Shown here: piece by piece, positions 27,586-39,687 of the stretch
Position numbering within the stretch: position 1 is the first letter of the stretch
How the letters are laid out: every line of letters begins with the position of its first letter
Origin: Octopus vulgaris
Lineage: Eukaryota
Direction of reading: 5' to 3'
NCBI GenBank assembly: GCA_951406725.2
Contig: OX597821.1
Span: 87,544,001-87,608,000 of the forward strand
DNA length: 64,000 nucleotides
Notes under the pieces: model-generated
Told to the model about the DNA's origin: nothing
The model's input: only the letters and a program-made list of their open reading frames with translations
Database searches by the model: none
Translations under genes and position numbers: made by a program

Positions 27586-28000
27586 CGCAGGAGTGGCTAT
27601 GTGGTAAGTAGCTTGCTAACCAACCACATGGTTCCGGGTTCAGTCCACTGCGTGGCATCTTGGGCAAGTGTCTTCTGCTATAGCCCCGGGCCGACCAATG
27701 CCTTGTGAGTGGATTTGGTAGACGGAAACTGAAAGAAGCCTGTCGTATATATTTATATATATATATGTGTGTGTGTGTGTGTTTGTGTGTCTGTGTTTGT
27801 CCCCCTAGCATTGCCTGACAACCGATGCTGGTGTGTTTACGTCCCCGTCACTTAGCGGTTCGGCAAAAGAGACCGATAGAATAAGTACTGGGCTTACAAA
27901 GAATAAAGTCCCGGGGTCGATTTGCTCGACTAAAGGCGTTGCTCCAGCATGGCCGCAGTCAAATGATTGAAACAATTAAAAGAATAAAAGAGTAAAGAGT
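27584..28000 (+). mobile_element. SINE family A, full length, young
   Basis: Near-identical to the copies at 19071 and 31522. Confidence 0.95.
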
Positions 28001-28038
28001 ATATATATTACATATTAAAAAGCAGCAAGAATATTGCA

Positions 28039-28084
28039 AAAACTGTTACTCAGAGTTTCACGTTCCCGTTCGTCGGACAGTTTT
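28039..28084 (-). ncRNA. Minimal type-I hammerhead-like motif (U4C core)
   Basis: Minus strand aaaactgt-CCGACGA-acg(ggaa)cgt-GAAA-ctctgag-TA-acagtttt: 8-bp stem I, GNRA-capped stem II, GUA site. Confidence 0.7.
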
Positions 28085-28563
28085 GTTTAGAATGGAACAA
28101 GATAAAGTTATATGCAGAAATGGAATTACTTTGATGGATACACATTTGAAAATGGTTTTGTTTCATTGGTCCTTTCAACTAACGGACTTTTCAATAACCG
28201 GGTACTTATTGGAACACCATCATTTCACTCTCTCTTCCTCTATCTGTTTTTTCCGCCTTTCTCTCTCTAATTTTCTGTTTCTTTTTCTTTTATTTCTTTT
28301 TCTATTTTTCCCTGTTTTTTTTTCTTACCCCCCACTTATTGTCCTCTGATTTTTTTCCTTTTCTTTCTTTCGCCTGTTACAACTATATAAGCATACACCA
28401 AAAGATTTTGTGCGCGTGCGTGTGTATATACATATATACACATTTGTATATATTAACGTTTTGCCTATATATGTCTGTATATGTATGTAGCCATGTACCT
28501 ACGTCTGTATGTTCGGTGTATATAAGTATATTATACATTGTTTTGTATGTGTATATATTGCTA

Positions 28564-29106
28564 TCATCATCTGGAAAAGATTTTCTAACTAGAAAGGGTA
28601 TGGCCTGGTCAGCCTGTAATGACATGCATAAGATCTGGTCATCAAATCTAAGTAGAGACTTCAAACTTGAAATCTTCAAAGCCACAGTCGAACCAATTCT
28701 ACTATATGGTTCAGAAACCTGGACGTTATCAAAGAAGCTTGAGAGGCGGTTGAATGGAACCTACACTCGCCTCCTTATGAGAGCTCAAAATCTCTCGTGG
28801 AAGCGCCATCTAACCAAAATGCAAATATATGGGAAACTACCACCTGTGTCATCTCTTGTGAAAGGTAGGAGAGTCCAGTTTGCTGGACATTGTTGTAGAG
28901 CTGAAAAAGAGGTAATTTCTACTCTTCTCCTCTGGAAGCCATTTACTCGCAATACCAGAGGGCGCACCCTCTCCTACCCTGATGTAATCTCCAGGGATAC
29001 AGGCATCCAGCAACATGACCTCCGTAATGCCATGATGGACCGTGAAGTCTGGCGTAGCATGGTAAATTCCATTGTCTTGACCACGGTCGAACAATGATGA
29101 TGATGA
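28564..29106 (+). mobile_element. 5'-truncated RTE-clade LINE (post-RT C-terminal ORF plus (TGA)n tail)
   Basis: ORF segment KLEIFKATVEPILLYGSETWTLSKKLERRL...RRVQFAGHC...AMMDREVWR is typical of RTE C-termini. 14-bp TSD tgtatatattgcta at 28550-28563 and 29107-29120. Confidence 0.92.
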
Positions 29107-29425
29107 TGTATATATTGCTAAATGTATTTGTAATCAAGCGTGAAAAAGTTTTAAACGGATATATCTTTTAATTCATTATTATTTTTACAGCTAGTTGGTT
29201 ACCCTGGGTATTCAGGCCTTTTTCATTCTTCATAAGCTATTTTTGATTTTAGGGTTTCTTCGATTTATAATAATATGATTTTGAACCGCAATTTGTTATT
29301 GCATGCAACCAGTTATTGGAAACACCGTTAGTTGAAAGGACCAATGAAACAAAACCATTTTCAAAGGTGTATCTATCAAAGTAATTGTATTTCGGCATAT
29401 AACTTATTCTTGTTCCATTCTAAAC

Positions 29426-29471
29426 AAAACTGTCCGATGAACAGGAACCTGAAACTCTGAGTAACAGTTTT
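29426..29471 (+). ncRNA. Second copy of the U4C hammerhead-like motif
   Basis: aaaactgt-CCGATGA-acaggaacct-GAAA-ctctgag-TA-acagtttt; stem II is partly disrupted. Confidence 0.6.
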
Positions 29472-29557
29472 TGTGACATTTTTGCTGCTTTTTAAAACAG
29501 CTTCTGGTATTTGAGTACTATTTTCCCACCTTGTTTCGCATTTATGTGCATACTCTG

Positions 29558-29621
<64 letters not shown>

Positions 29622-30508
29622 ATGTATATATATATTTTCACACATTAGTACTGAAGTTCATATGTTGATACTAAATTGAAACAGACTTATACGACTATAA
29701 AATATTTGTGCAGATTATAACATTACTACAAATATGCACTTACACCATTCGAATTTAAAAAAAACCCCCGCATAATCACACACAAATGCACGCATATACA
29801 TGCACGCACAGACACACACACATACACACACACGGAAACACACATACATTCCTATAACTCGACATGTATATAAATACGTATATAATTGCAGAAGTTGCTA
29901 CACACGCACGCGCACACACATACACACATAAAGGTATGCATACAGATATATATATATATATATATATATGCGTATTCACATACGCATAACGCACATACAC
30001 ACATTCATACATTAATGTATCTACAGTATTTTATATTACACGCCCAGGCATAGACTCTATTAACCTAATTCGAACCGCTATGACCTTACGTTATATTTTT
30101 TTAGCGGCATAATTCGAAACATGATATTCTTCTTCAATTATGTAATTTACCAGGATTCGTTTTAACTTCAACGCGCTACATCTAGCAGGGATAACAACCC
30201 TAGCACTATTTAGAAGCTGGAGTCGCTTTTAGTTATTCCTTGTACATCAATTGTTTCTTTTTCTTCTTCTTCTTCTTCTTCTTCTTCGTTTTGACCTCAA
30301 TCAAGGGCCTAACGTTCTAAAACTATAAACAGGATATAGTATATTTGTAGAATAAACTTGTACTTTCGATTGTTTTTGTAACATAATCAAGGGAATAACT
30401 AACAAACAACTACCGGTGTAAAGTGAGATGCGTGCGCATACACATGTATGCGTGAGCATGCGTGCTACCTTATATACACGTGCACGCATACACACGCACA
30501 CACACTTG

Positions 30509-30590
<82 letters not shown>

Positions 30591-30612
30591 TATATATAAA
30601 TGTATGTATATA

Positions 30613-30673
<61 letters not shown>

Positions 30674-30819
30674 ATATATATATGTATGTATGTATATATA
30701 TATGTGTATATATATATGTATGTATATATCTGTGTATGTATATATATGTATGTATGTATATATATATATGTATGTATGTATATATATATGTATGTATGTA
30801 TATATATATACATATATAT

Positions 30820-30856
<37 letters not shown>

Positions 30857-30869
30857 TGTGGATAATTGT

Positions 30870-31694
30870 GTTCGACTAAACAGTTATTTAGTCCGGTTTG
30901 AAAAGTCCGCACACACTCTTAGTTTATTCATTTTTTTTTTTTTACATAAACCGTCGGAGCTGCCCTGTCTGAATGGTCGACCTTTTCAATTATATCTAGA
31001 CTTTCTAGTATTTCCAGATCTTTATTGAGGTGGTCTAACGCCGCAAACGGCACGTTCCATTTGGGCCTAAAAAAACAGGTGTTGTCTTTTGTTTTAGTTC
31101 AACAGCCTAATCCTTTCAAAAAAATATTTGGAAACAATTTAAAAATTTTTCTGTCTCAGTTGTTCAACTTCATTCGAACTTTTGACTGTAACGACTACAT
31201 TTCACAAAAAATACTAATGGTGGTGGTGGTGGGGGGTATATCCCACATTTTAAATAACTCTGTGTATTCTGTGCCCAATATGTTTAGTGGCGTTTTCAAC
31301 ACATAAATGATTATCGTTTTCGTTTCACTTCGAAAAGTTACATTGCAAATACATTCGCCGATGAAATATAATTTCTTTCCTGTAACACCATATGCTATTT
31401 TATTTGATTTGAATAATTTCACCTTACCGATTTCTCACTATGTTTCTTCATTTATGATAGTGATGTCACACTCCGTGTCTAATTGCACTAGTGGTTTCGA
31501 TTCTCACTTTGATGAATTTTCTGGCTGTGTGGTAAGTAGCTTGCTAACCAACCACATGGTTCCGGGTTCAGTCCCACTGCGTGGCATCTTGGGCAAGTGT
31601 CTTCTGCTATAGCCCCGGGCCGACCAATGTCCTTGTGAGTGGATTTGGTAGACGGAAACTGAAAGAAGCCTGTCGTATATATGTATATATATTA

Positions 31695-31733
<39 letters not shown>

Positions 31734-33277
31734 TCCCCCTAGCATTGCTTGACAACCGATGCTGGTGTGTTTACGTCCCCGTCACTTAGCGGTTCGGCAA
31801 AAAGAGACCGATAGAATAAGAACTGGGCTTACAAAAATAATAAGTCCCGGGGTCGAGTTGCTCGACTAAAGGCGGTGCTCCAGCATGGCCGCAGTCAAAT
31901 GACTGAACCAAGTAAAAGAGTAAAAGAGTAAAAGAGTTGTACAAACTTTTTCTGCTGATGACAAAATATTTATTTTTCTCGTTTGGTCCAACTTTTCGTC
32001 ATCTTAGTTCTGCAGTGCGATTTAATATGTCCTGTGTTCCCACAACGAAAACATTTTGTTTTCATGAAAGGATACATGTATATTGTCTATCTCTTGTTGT
32101 GTATCGTGTTTTTTGTGAAACATTTTACCCGTCTTCCCAATCTTCTACATTAGTTTTATCTGAAAACAATCTCTGCGTAGGATTTCTTCTGTGTCGTGCC
32201 ATACTTTTAATATCATATCACATTCTTCTGACAAGAGTTATATCCTCGCTCATTTCCAGCTTTGCTAGAATTTACGTTCTGACTTCTGAGTCCTTTTTAA
32301 CAGTAAGTCCCTGAACAAAAATCAGGCACTTGAACTAGTCTGGAGTTAGTTTATCCATCTTAAATCTCGCGCACTTTCTGTTCACTCTACCCGCATATGT
32401 GGCAAAAATCTTCTTCGTCGCTTTTCTCAGTGCTTAAACACTTGAATAACGATGTTTTTTTCACTGAAAAAACAGTTTTAGGCAATATAAAGTTACAGTA
32501 TTTCTCATGCTCTATCGTCGCCAGTCCCCTCAGAATTAGACGCGTTTTCATTTTGCCATTCTTTTTCGAAAATTTGTTCAAATCTTCGGTAAAATGCCTC
32601 AAAGGTGGCTCCTTCTTCTGGATCATATTTAAATCTATTTATTGAATTTGCTACAGAGTCTGGCGAAAATGTATTTTCCGGTTTTATTATCAACTTCATT
32701 ATTTGTAGCATTTGTTGCTGTAACATTTGTTCTTGCTATTTTTGCAACTCAACTAGACCCTCTAGCAAGTTATCCATAATTTTACAGATTGGTTGTAAAA
32801 TATGTACAACAAAAATCTTTGTTACTCCTCTGTCGAGTTCTTAATTTCTCCACATGAAAACTTTTTCAACATCGTCCGCGTGAATTGTTTATTTTCTCGT
32901 GAAAAAAATATTTTTGTTTCAACGTTGTCCTCGTGAATTATTTATATCCTCGCCGCCATTTTTATAATGTGGATCCTCGTCGGCACTGTAATATTCTTGT
33001 CGCTACTATTAAGTTGTGATGGTATTCCTCTTCTTATTATCTTTGTCCCGTCTATCGCACTATCGTTGATAGCTCCGCAAGACAATGACTTTGTAACGTC
33101 TATCTTGATGGTAACTCGAACTCGTATATATCACGTAACTGACACTGACTCCAACTGAGAACTCGTACAACGATTCTACTACTACTGACCCCTACAACGA
33201 CTGTCTGCCTGACTTTATAGTGGCTCTTTCCTACCACTTTGTCGTTACATAGGAAGGAGAGTACTATTTTCGCTACA
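30870..33277 (-). mobile_element. Decayed, internally deleted Gypsy/Metaviridae LTR retrotransposon
   Basis: LTR 32987-33277 (TGTAGCG...TTACA on minus). Adjacent PBS-like tgccgacgaggat/tggcggcgaggat is complementary to the tRNA-Ser(GCU) 3' end. Gag remnants FKYDPEEGATFEAFYRRFEQIF and RLILRGLATIEHEKYCNFILPK; protease remnant QLDTECDITIINEE at ~31445-31486. No RT/RNase H visible. Confidence 0.85.
31522..31936 (+). mobile_element. SINE family A inserted in the Gypsy element
   Basis: Near-identical to 27584-28000, missing the first ~10 nt. Confidence 0.95.
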
Positions 33278-33319
<42 letters not shown>

Positions 33320-33882
33320 GGGGGGGGGGAGACAGATAGATAGATAAACGCATACATACACACGCGAACATATATGTATATATGAATAAAAAATTGTTTA
33401 TGGTTTCTGTTGGAGACTAGAGTTTTAACATACATTGTCGCTTACATGTAAATTCAAAAATTCCACAGAAATATAACCCCGTATAACGCATTTGTGAAAG
33501 TTTCGAAGACAACATGCTGTCATTAGTGGTTACATATTTTTTCTACTTATCAAGTTGTTAAAAAAATACATATTTTACTCCATGATAAATGCTATTCTCT
33601 CCGTGACGGCACCCTTTTTCTGATTTTGGTTTTAGCTGTGCTATATAGGATTACATTTTTGAATGCAACCTCATATTGTAAAATGTCTTTACTAAACGTG
33701 AGTTCATTTTCTAAAATGGTAATCTGTTTAACAGTCAGTTTTCAGTATACCGAACAACTACATAAAAGGCCTCGTGGGTTCATCTATGTACTTTATTGCA
33801 GACGTACATGTATGTCTGCCTAAAACTTCAGGTGTTGTCAAGGGGCAACACCACATTGATATCTTGTAGCGTTAGGTGGGCA

Positions 33883-34306
33883 GGATCTTTTCGTTTTGAA
33901 CGGCAGTTTTTAACATAATTTCTAGGTTACTAAAAAATTTTAAACTTCGTATACTGGTAGAATGTGTTTATAAAACATCTTTTTCTCTTGGCTTTATTGA
34001 GAAAATTCTATAGTTTGTAAGATATTTGTTGTTTTTTTCTTCAAATTCTGCAATTTCAACCAATCAGTGACGTCCATTGAGGTAAAAAAACATTCTGTGC
34101 CGTATGAATATGTCCCTCGTTTAAGAAACAGATTGGGTTTATTTACATTTGTGAAGAAAATAAGATACCCTTCCCCCCACCTCTAACCCTAACCCTAGCC
34201 CTAAAACAGATTGAAATGCAATAGATCGATACAAGGGTCATAATTATGGGTGGCAATTTCATATGACATCGCTAGAAAGAAACTGCCGTTCAAACCGAAA
34301 AAGTCC
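33883..34306. mobile_element. MITE with ~27-bp TIRs, 8-bp TSD and an internal (CCCTAA)-like tract
   Basis: ggatcttttcgttttgaacggcagttt / aaactgccgttcaaaccgaaaaagtcc, flanked by ggtgggca and ggtgggcg. GG termini plus 8-bp TSD fit a Merlin-like class (inference). Confidence 0.8.
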
Positions 34307-34476
34307 GGTGGGCGTAAGAGTGGCTGTGTGATCTGGAAGACCGCTTCGCAGTCGTATAGTCTCGGTTTCTATACTTGTTGCATGGCGCTTTCGGTAATGG
34401 CTTTCTGCTACAATGTCAAATTGAGCACTTCCTGAACAAAGACGGTGAGGAAGCCTTTTGTTTATATGCGTGTTTT

Positions 34477-34509
<33 letters not shown>

Positions 34510-37500
34510 TCAGTGTATATATGTATGTTTATTTTCTATTTTTTCGGCAGAATTTCAACAACAGTAAAAAGCCAATGATGTTTGGTTGAGGTATCCCAAA
34601 TTGCAGTGAAACAGTTTATATTTTTTTCAAACACATGGTTACTTTGGCCTCGACATTTAACAATAATATGAAATATGAATATACGCTTATCTATGTATGT
34701 ATGTTTGTAGGTATAGCTGCATGATTGTATGTACATATATACATACACCCATTTATTCAAACATACATACATACATACATACATACATACATACATACAT
34801 ACATACACTCATTTATTCATACATACATACATACATACATACATACATACACTTGCACACATATGCTACTGAAATAACAAGCTCTGACCTTGAAGTTTAA
34901 CAATACTATGAACTGCAATCTGCATAATATACAGACATGAAAATATATATCTAAGTGTGGGTGTGATTTGCTATTCCCGGAAAAGTCATGATATATTTTC
35001 ACATTCATTGCATTGAAATTATGTCACAAAACTTGCTTCCTACATTCATACAGAATACAAGATATTCTGTCAGTACTGAAAATTAGTCTCTATTCCATTC
35101 GTCGTTTTTCTTCTCTATAAAAATAATTTCTTTTTATGTCAGTACCAATTTTTTTCACTCGCTCGATTACGTTTCTTATTACTGTATCCATATTTCTACA
35201 ACAGCAGACAGAGTAAACAATTTTGTCTTAACCATCAAATAACTGCTAACTGATATAATTAACTATTATTATACACAGTTGTGCCTGTTCAGACATGTGT
35301 TGTGCTTTTTTCTATGCATATACATTAAAAATAAAGAAGGCACATTAGAAAGAGATAATCAACTGAAAAGTAATATGCGAAGACACAGTCGACAAAAAAA
35401 AAATAAATAAATAAAATGGAAATAAATGGATTCTGAGGGAAATGGCAAAAATGGAAAAGAGATAAAAATCTGAGAATTCTAATGTGAACAAAGGCATCTA
35501 GTGTGTGCTAATGAAGACGATCTTTTACGGAATATCTGAAAAGAAAACTATTGTAGGTAGCAGTAGTATTTAATGTGTGCTAGGCAAAGAAACTTCTGCA
35601 CGCATTGATCGAAGACTAAGCAATGTAGATACAATGGCACAGTCTTGAGAAGAACCTAGTTTTCTGGCTATTGGATCATGTCCTACAAGGAATTATGATG
35701 CCTTTTTTTTTCTACTTCTGGAAGAAGAGGAAACAAAAGTGAACATCATGGCATTGTTTCTGTCAATATGCGTATCGCATGAGCATTTCTCTGATCATTA
35801 TCTAATATTACTGATGTGCAATATGTTGCTTTGAGACACTACAAATGAGAAATGATTTTGTTGTTGTGGCTGATGTTTAATCCTAGGTCAGTCCTTATTG
35901 AACTGGTCTGCCTTTATTGTTGCTATCTAGTCCATTGTCAACATTACACGAACAGATTTATAGTTGTTGCCATTCAGCTTCAGATTATTTCTCTTCGACC
36001 CAATTTCTGTAAAATAACCAACTGAACTAGGAGTATAATCAGTTATACTTTGTTCTTTTGTTTATAAGAGGACAGAAAGGTATGACGGCCTCGGTTGTTA
36101 ATAGCAACACATATTACGCACATAAACTGATATACATTGGATGAGTAAGGAAGATTTATATAAAATGTCATTGTCGATATCTGTTACAAGAATGAATTGT
36201 TGTAATGCACTCGAAAATCATCGTGAACTATGAGCAACCCATTTGAAGGCTCGAGGGATCAAAAGTAAACTGACGACAGAAATGGCCAAAATGGAAGTTA
36301 TGGCTTCCTTCCCTCTTTACCTTCATTAAGAGATTTAAGTTTGAAAAAAAAAAGAAAAGAACCAAACATAAATTCAAGCACAATTTGGTTATTGATTCTA
36401 TAAAGGAGGAAATCACCAGCATATTTGATGGAAAGAGCAACCGTACAGTCCTTGATTGATTTCTGTGATGATAAAGAGAACATATCCAATTACCAATGGA
36501 GTTTCTAAACAGCTCTAACGTTAATGGCGTGCCACACTCGTACTTTGATCTTGCCGAAATAATTTCGTAAAGTTATTATGTTACGACATATGATTTTGGG
36601 TGCGTGTTTGCATCTGTTGTCACATGGAAATTTGGAAGAGATATTATCTAAGAATGAGTAGCTAACCTTGACATTATAGAAATTTATTATATGTATGGGA
36701 TCTTGAGAAATACTGTAAAATTAGTACCGGGAAACTCATAGCTATACACTTAGAAACCTCTAGATTGAAAAGAGTATTAAAATAGATTATCTTCCTCTTT
36801 CTCATTCTTTGAGGGATTTTAGAATGGAATGAGGAGGGGTCCTCCATATACAGCAACTTATTTCTGACGCCACTCCTCACAAGTTATAATGGTCTGTCAC
36901 CATCTTAAAGAACTTTCTGTTTGTCGATAGTTTAAAAGTTTTTTTTTTTATTTTATCTAGTTTCAGCTCACGAGCTGTGGCCATGCTGGGGCACCGCCAT
37001 TGAACATTTCCAATGAATAACTAACTAGATTTTTAATTAAAGGTGTGATTTGTAAGTCTATGAATATAAACAGTTGGACTTTCTAAGTTTTTGGTACTAG
37101 TCTGCCTTGAACAACCGTTTGATTCTTTTAATAATGTTTTTTTTATTCTCAGTTCGAATATTTGATAACACTGGACAACAAAGATTTTGCTACTTGGGTA
37201 ATAGCAGATGTTTTAGACTAAATCGAGGATGCTAATTCCGAATCCACACTCAGAATTGTTCTACTACGTCAAGATTTTAATTATGCGCAAGATTATAAAT
37301 ATACTTTCGGATAGATATAGGTCGTATTATAAAATTTGCTAACATGAAAGCGGACTTAATTCAAAATTAAAGAAATAACAGCAATAGAACAAACGATGAG
37401 AAAGTTCATTATTTGGTTTAGCAATAGATGGCGCTGACGTATCGTATGCAAGCGCCAAATACGTTAGTTTGCTCTTGGTAACTCTCAGTATTGTTTGCGC

Positions 37501-37573
37501 TGCTGTCACGTGTGGTATGAGTATCTCTCACTCTGCGTGATAACTGCTTTAATTGTGTTCATTGTGTTAGATC

Positions 37574-39251
37574 ATGAATAGAAGAGGCTGAGTGAATCAC
37601 CCAAACAACTTTTGTTATGTCTGTGGAAATTTTGCTCCGCGTGAGCAGCGGAGGAACTTTGCCACCAAATTAAGAATTGCCTATAATTATTTTTTCGGGT
37701 GTAAAGTTGGGGACCAAGACAAGAGGTGGACACCTCGTATAAGCGACACCGTGTGTTACTCACAGCTTACACAGGGAATGAATAGAAAAAGGAAGGGAAT
37801 GCCTTTTGCTGTACCAATGTTATGGCGTGAACCAACTAATGATGTCTCTGTTACTTTTGTATGACTAATATTAGTACTTTCTGAAAGAAGACTAAGCAAA
37901 AATTGTGTATGCAGGTTGTAAGTCGGTTCTAAAACTGGTCCCACATGATTTCCAGAACCCTATCCCAGTTCCCTTTTCACCACGCTTCACTTGACATGTC
38001 GCACGATAAAACCCTTGAATTTCCTATCGACGAAGAGTACGAAGGTAATTCTAAGAAAAATGAACCAGGCTAGTTTAATCAAGAAGATTTGAACGATTTT
38101 GTAAGAGACCTAGCATTGTCAAACAAGAGGGTAGAAGTTTTGGGATCCAAATCACAACAACGGAATCTCCTACAGCAAGGTACGAAAATTTCCATTTTCC
38201 TTTCTCACCATAAAAGCTTATCTGTCTTTTACAAACAAGAAAATAATGCTTGTTTCTGTACTGACGTTAATGTACTCATGCAAAAACTAGGACACGTGCA
38301 TGTGGCGAGCGAATGGAGATTGTTTATAGTCTCGAGTAAGGTTAGCCTTAATGCTGTGTTGTCACATAATGGTAATACAAAACCTTCCATTCTTGTGGGT
38401 CATGTTGTCGGTATGGAAGAAACTTATGAATCGATGGAACTCTTTCTGAAAGGAGTTAATTGCTCAGTTCACAAGTGGAATATTTGTGGTGATTTAAAGG
38501 TGATTTCCCTCCTCCTGGGACTGCAGCTGGGATGTACCAAAAATATGTGCCTCTTGTGTGTTTGGAATAGCCACGACGACAGCAATCATTACACTGTAAA
38601 AGACTGGCCTAAAAGATATGAACGCATAGTTGATCGGTACAACGTGCAGCATATGCCACTGGTGGACCCGTAAAAGATCTTCCTTCCACCCCTCCACATC
38701 AAACTCGGCCTCATGAAAAACTTCGTAAAAAGCAATGACACACAATGGTTGTGGCTTCCAGTACCTAAAAAGTAAAATTTAATGCAGAGAAAAGTGACGC
38801 AAAACTGAAAGCAGGCATTTTCATTGGACTCGAGATCAGAGAATTGATATCTAATAGCAAATTCTCTGATAGAAAATTCAGCGGTAAACTGAATCCAGTT
38901 GAGCTGACAGCATGGGATTCATTCGTGTTAGTTGTACAGAACACTCTTGGATATCATAGAAGTGAAAACTATACTGATTTAATAAACAACATGCTAACAG
39001 CGTATGAAAGAATGAGATGCCGAATGTCACTTAAAATGCAGTTCTTGCATTCTCATCTCGATTTTTTTCCAACGAATCTTGGTGCCCTTAGTGGTGATCA
39101 TGGTGAGAGGTTCCACCAAGACATATCTGAGATAGAAATGAAGTATCAAGGCCGGTTCAATCCTCATATGATGGGTAACTATTGCTGGTTCCTACAACGG
39201 GAGACCAGCTCGATCCATAAGCGCAAGGGCCAGTGTCTCAAACATTTCTGA
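37574..39251 (+). pseudogene. Disrupted Chapaev3 transposase
   Basis: Hallmark motifs FCYVCG, GDQDKRWTP, MPFAVPMLWREP, EWRLFIVSSK, ICGDLKV, PPLHIKLGLMKNFVK, FLHSHLDFFP...GERFHQDI...YQGR...YCW. Interrupted by in-frame stops (e.g. 37589-37591, 38671-38673) and frameshifts. Confidence 0.88.
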
Positions 39252-39317
39252 GCTGAGAATATCAAAAATAAAATGAGTATTCCCTTAACATAAATATAAT
39301 ATGTACCATTATATTAT

Positions 39318-39687
39318 GGATGGATGGAAGCACTCCGTCGGTTACGACGATGAGGGTTCCGGTTGATCCGAATCAACGGAACAGCCTGCTCGTGAAATTA
39401 ACGTGTAAGTGGCTGAGCACTCCACAGACACGTGCACCCTTAACGTAGTTCTAGGGGATATTCAGCGTGACACAGAGAGTGACAAGGCCGGCCCTTTGAA
39501 ATACAGGTACAACAGAAACAGGAAGTAAGAGTGAGAGAAAGTTGTGGTGAAAGAGTACAGCAGGGATCGCCACCATCCCCTGCCGGAGCCTCGTGGAGCT
39601 TTAGGTGTTTTCGCTCAATAAACACTCACAACGCCCGGTCTGGGAATCGAAACCGCGATCCTATGACCGCGAGTCCACTGCGCCTCC
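39318..39687 (-). mobile_element. SINE family B inserted in the Chapaev3 3' region
   Basis: Reverse complement of 13333-13714 with a ~20-nt deletion in the A-box region. 13-bp TSD accattatattat at 39305-39317 and 39688-39700. Confidence 0.95.

Larger units (their letters stand above)
28015..29560. mobile_element. PLE-like fold-back element with ~170-bp inverted repeats, each carrying a hammerhead motif
   Basis: ~28015-28186 is the diverged reverse complement of ~29325-29495. Both ends abut TA-rich microsatellite. An RTE fragment is inserted inside. Confidence 0.75.

Noticed and set aside
28339-28563. N-terminal part of the 252-aa ORF
   Set aside because: It lies outside the RTE TSD; chance in-frame read-through of low-complexity flank.
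34178-34205. Telomere-like CCCTAA repeats
   Set aside because: Only about four units, internal to a MITE; not a telomere or fusion scar.
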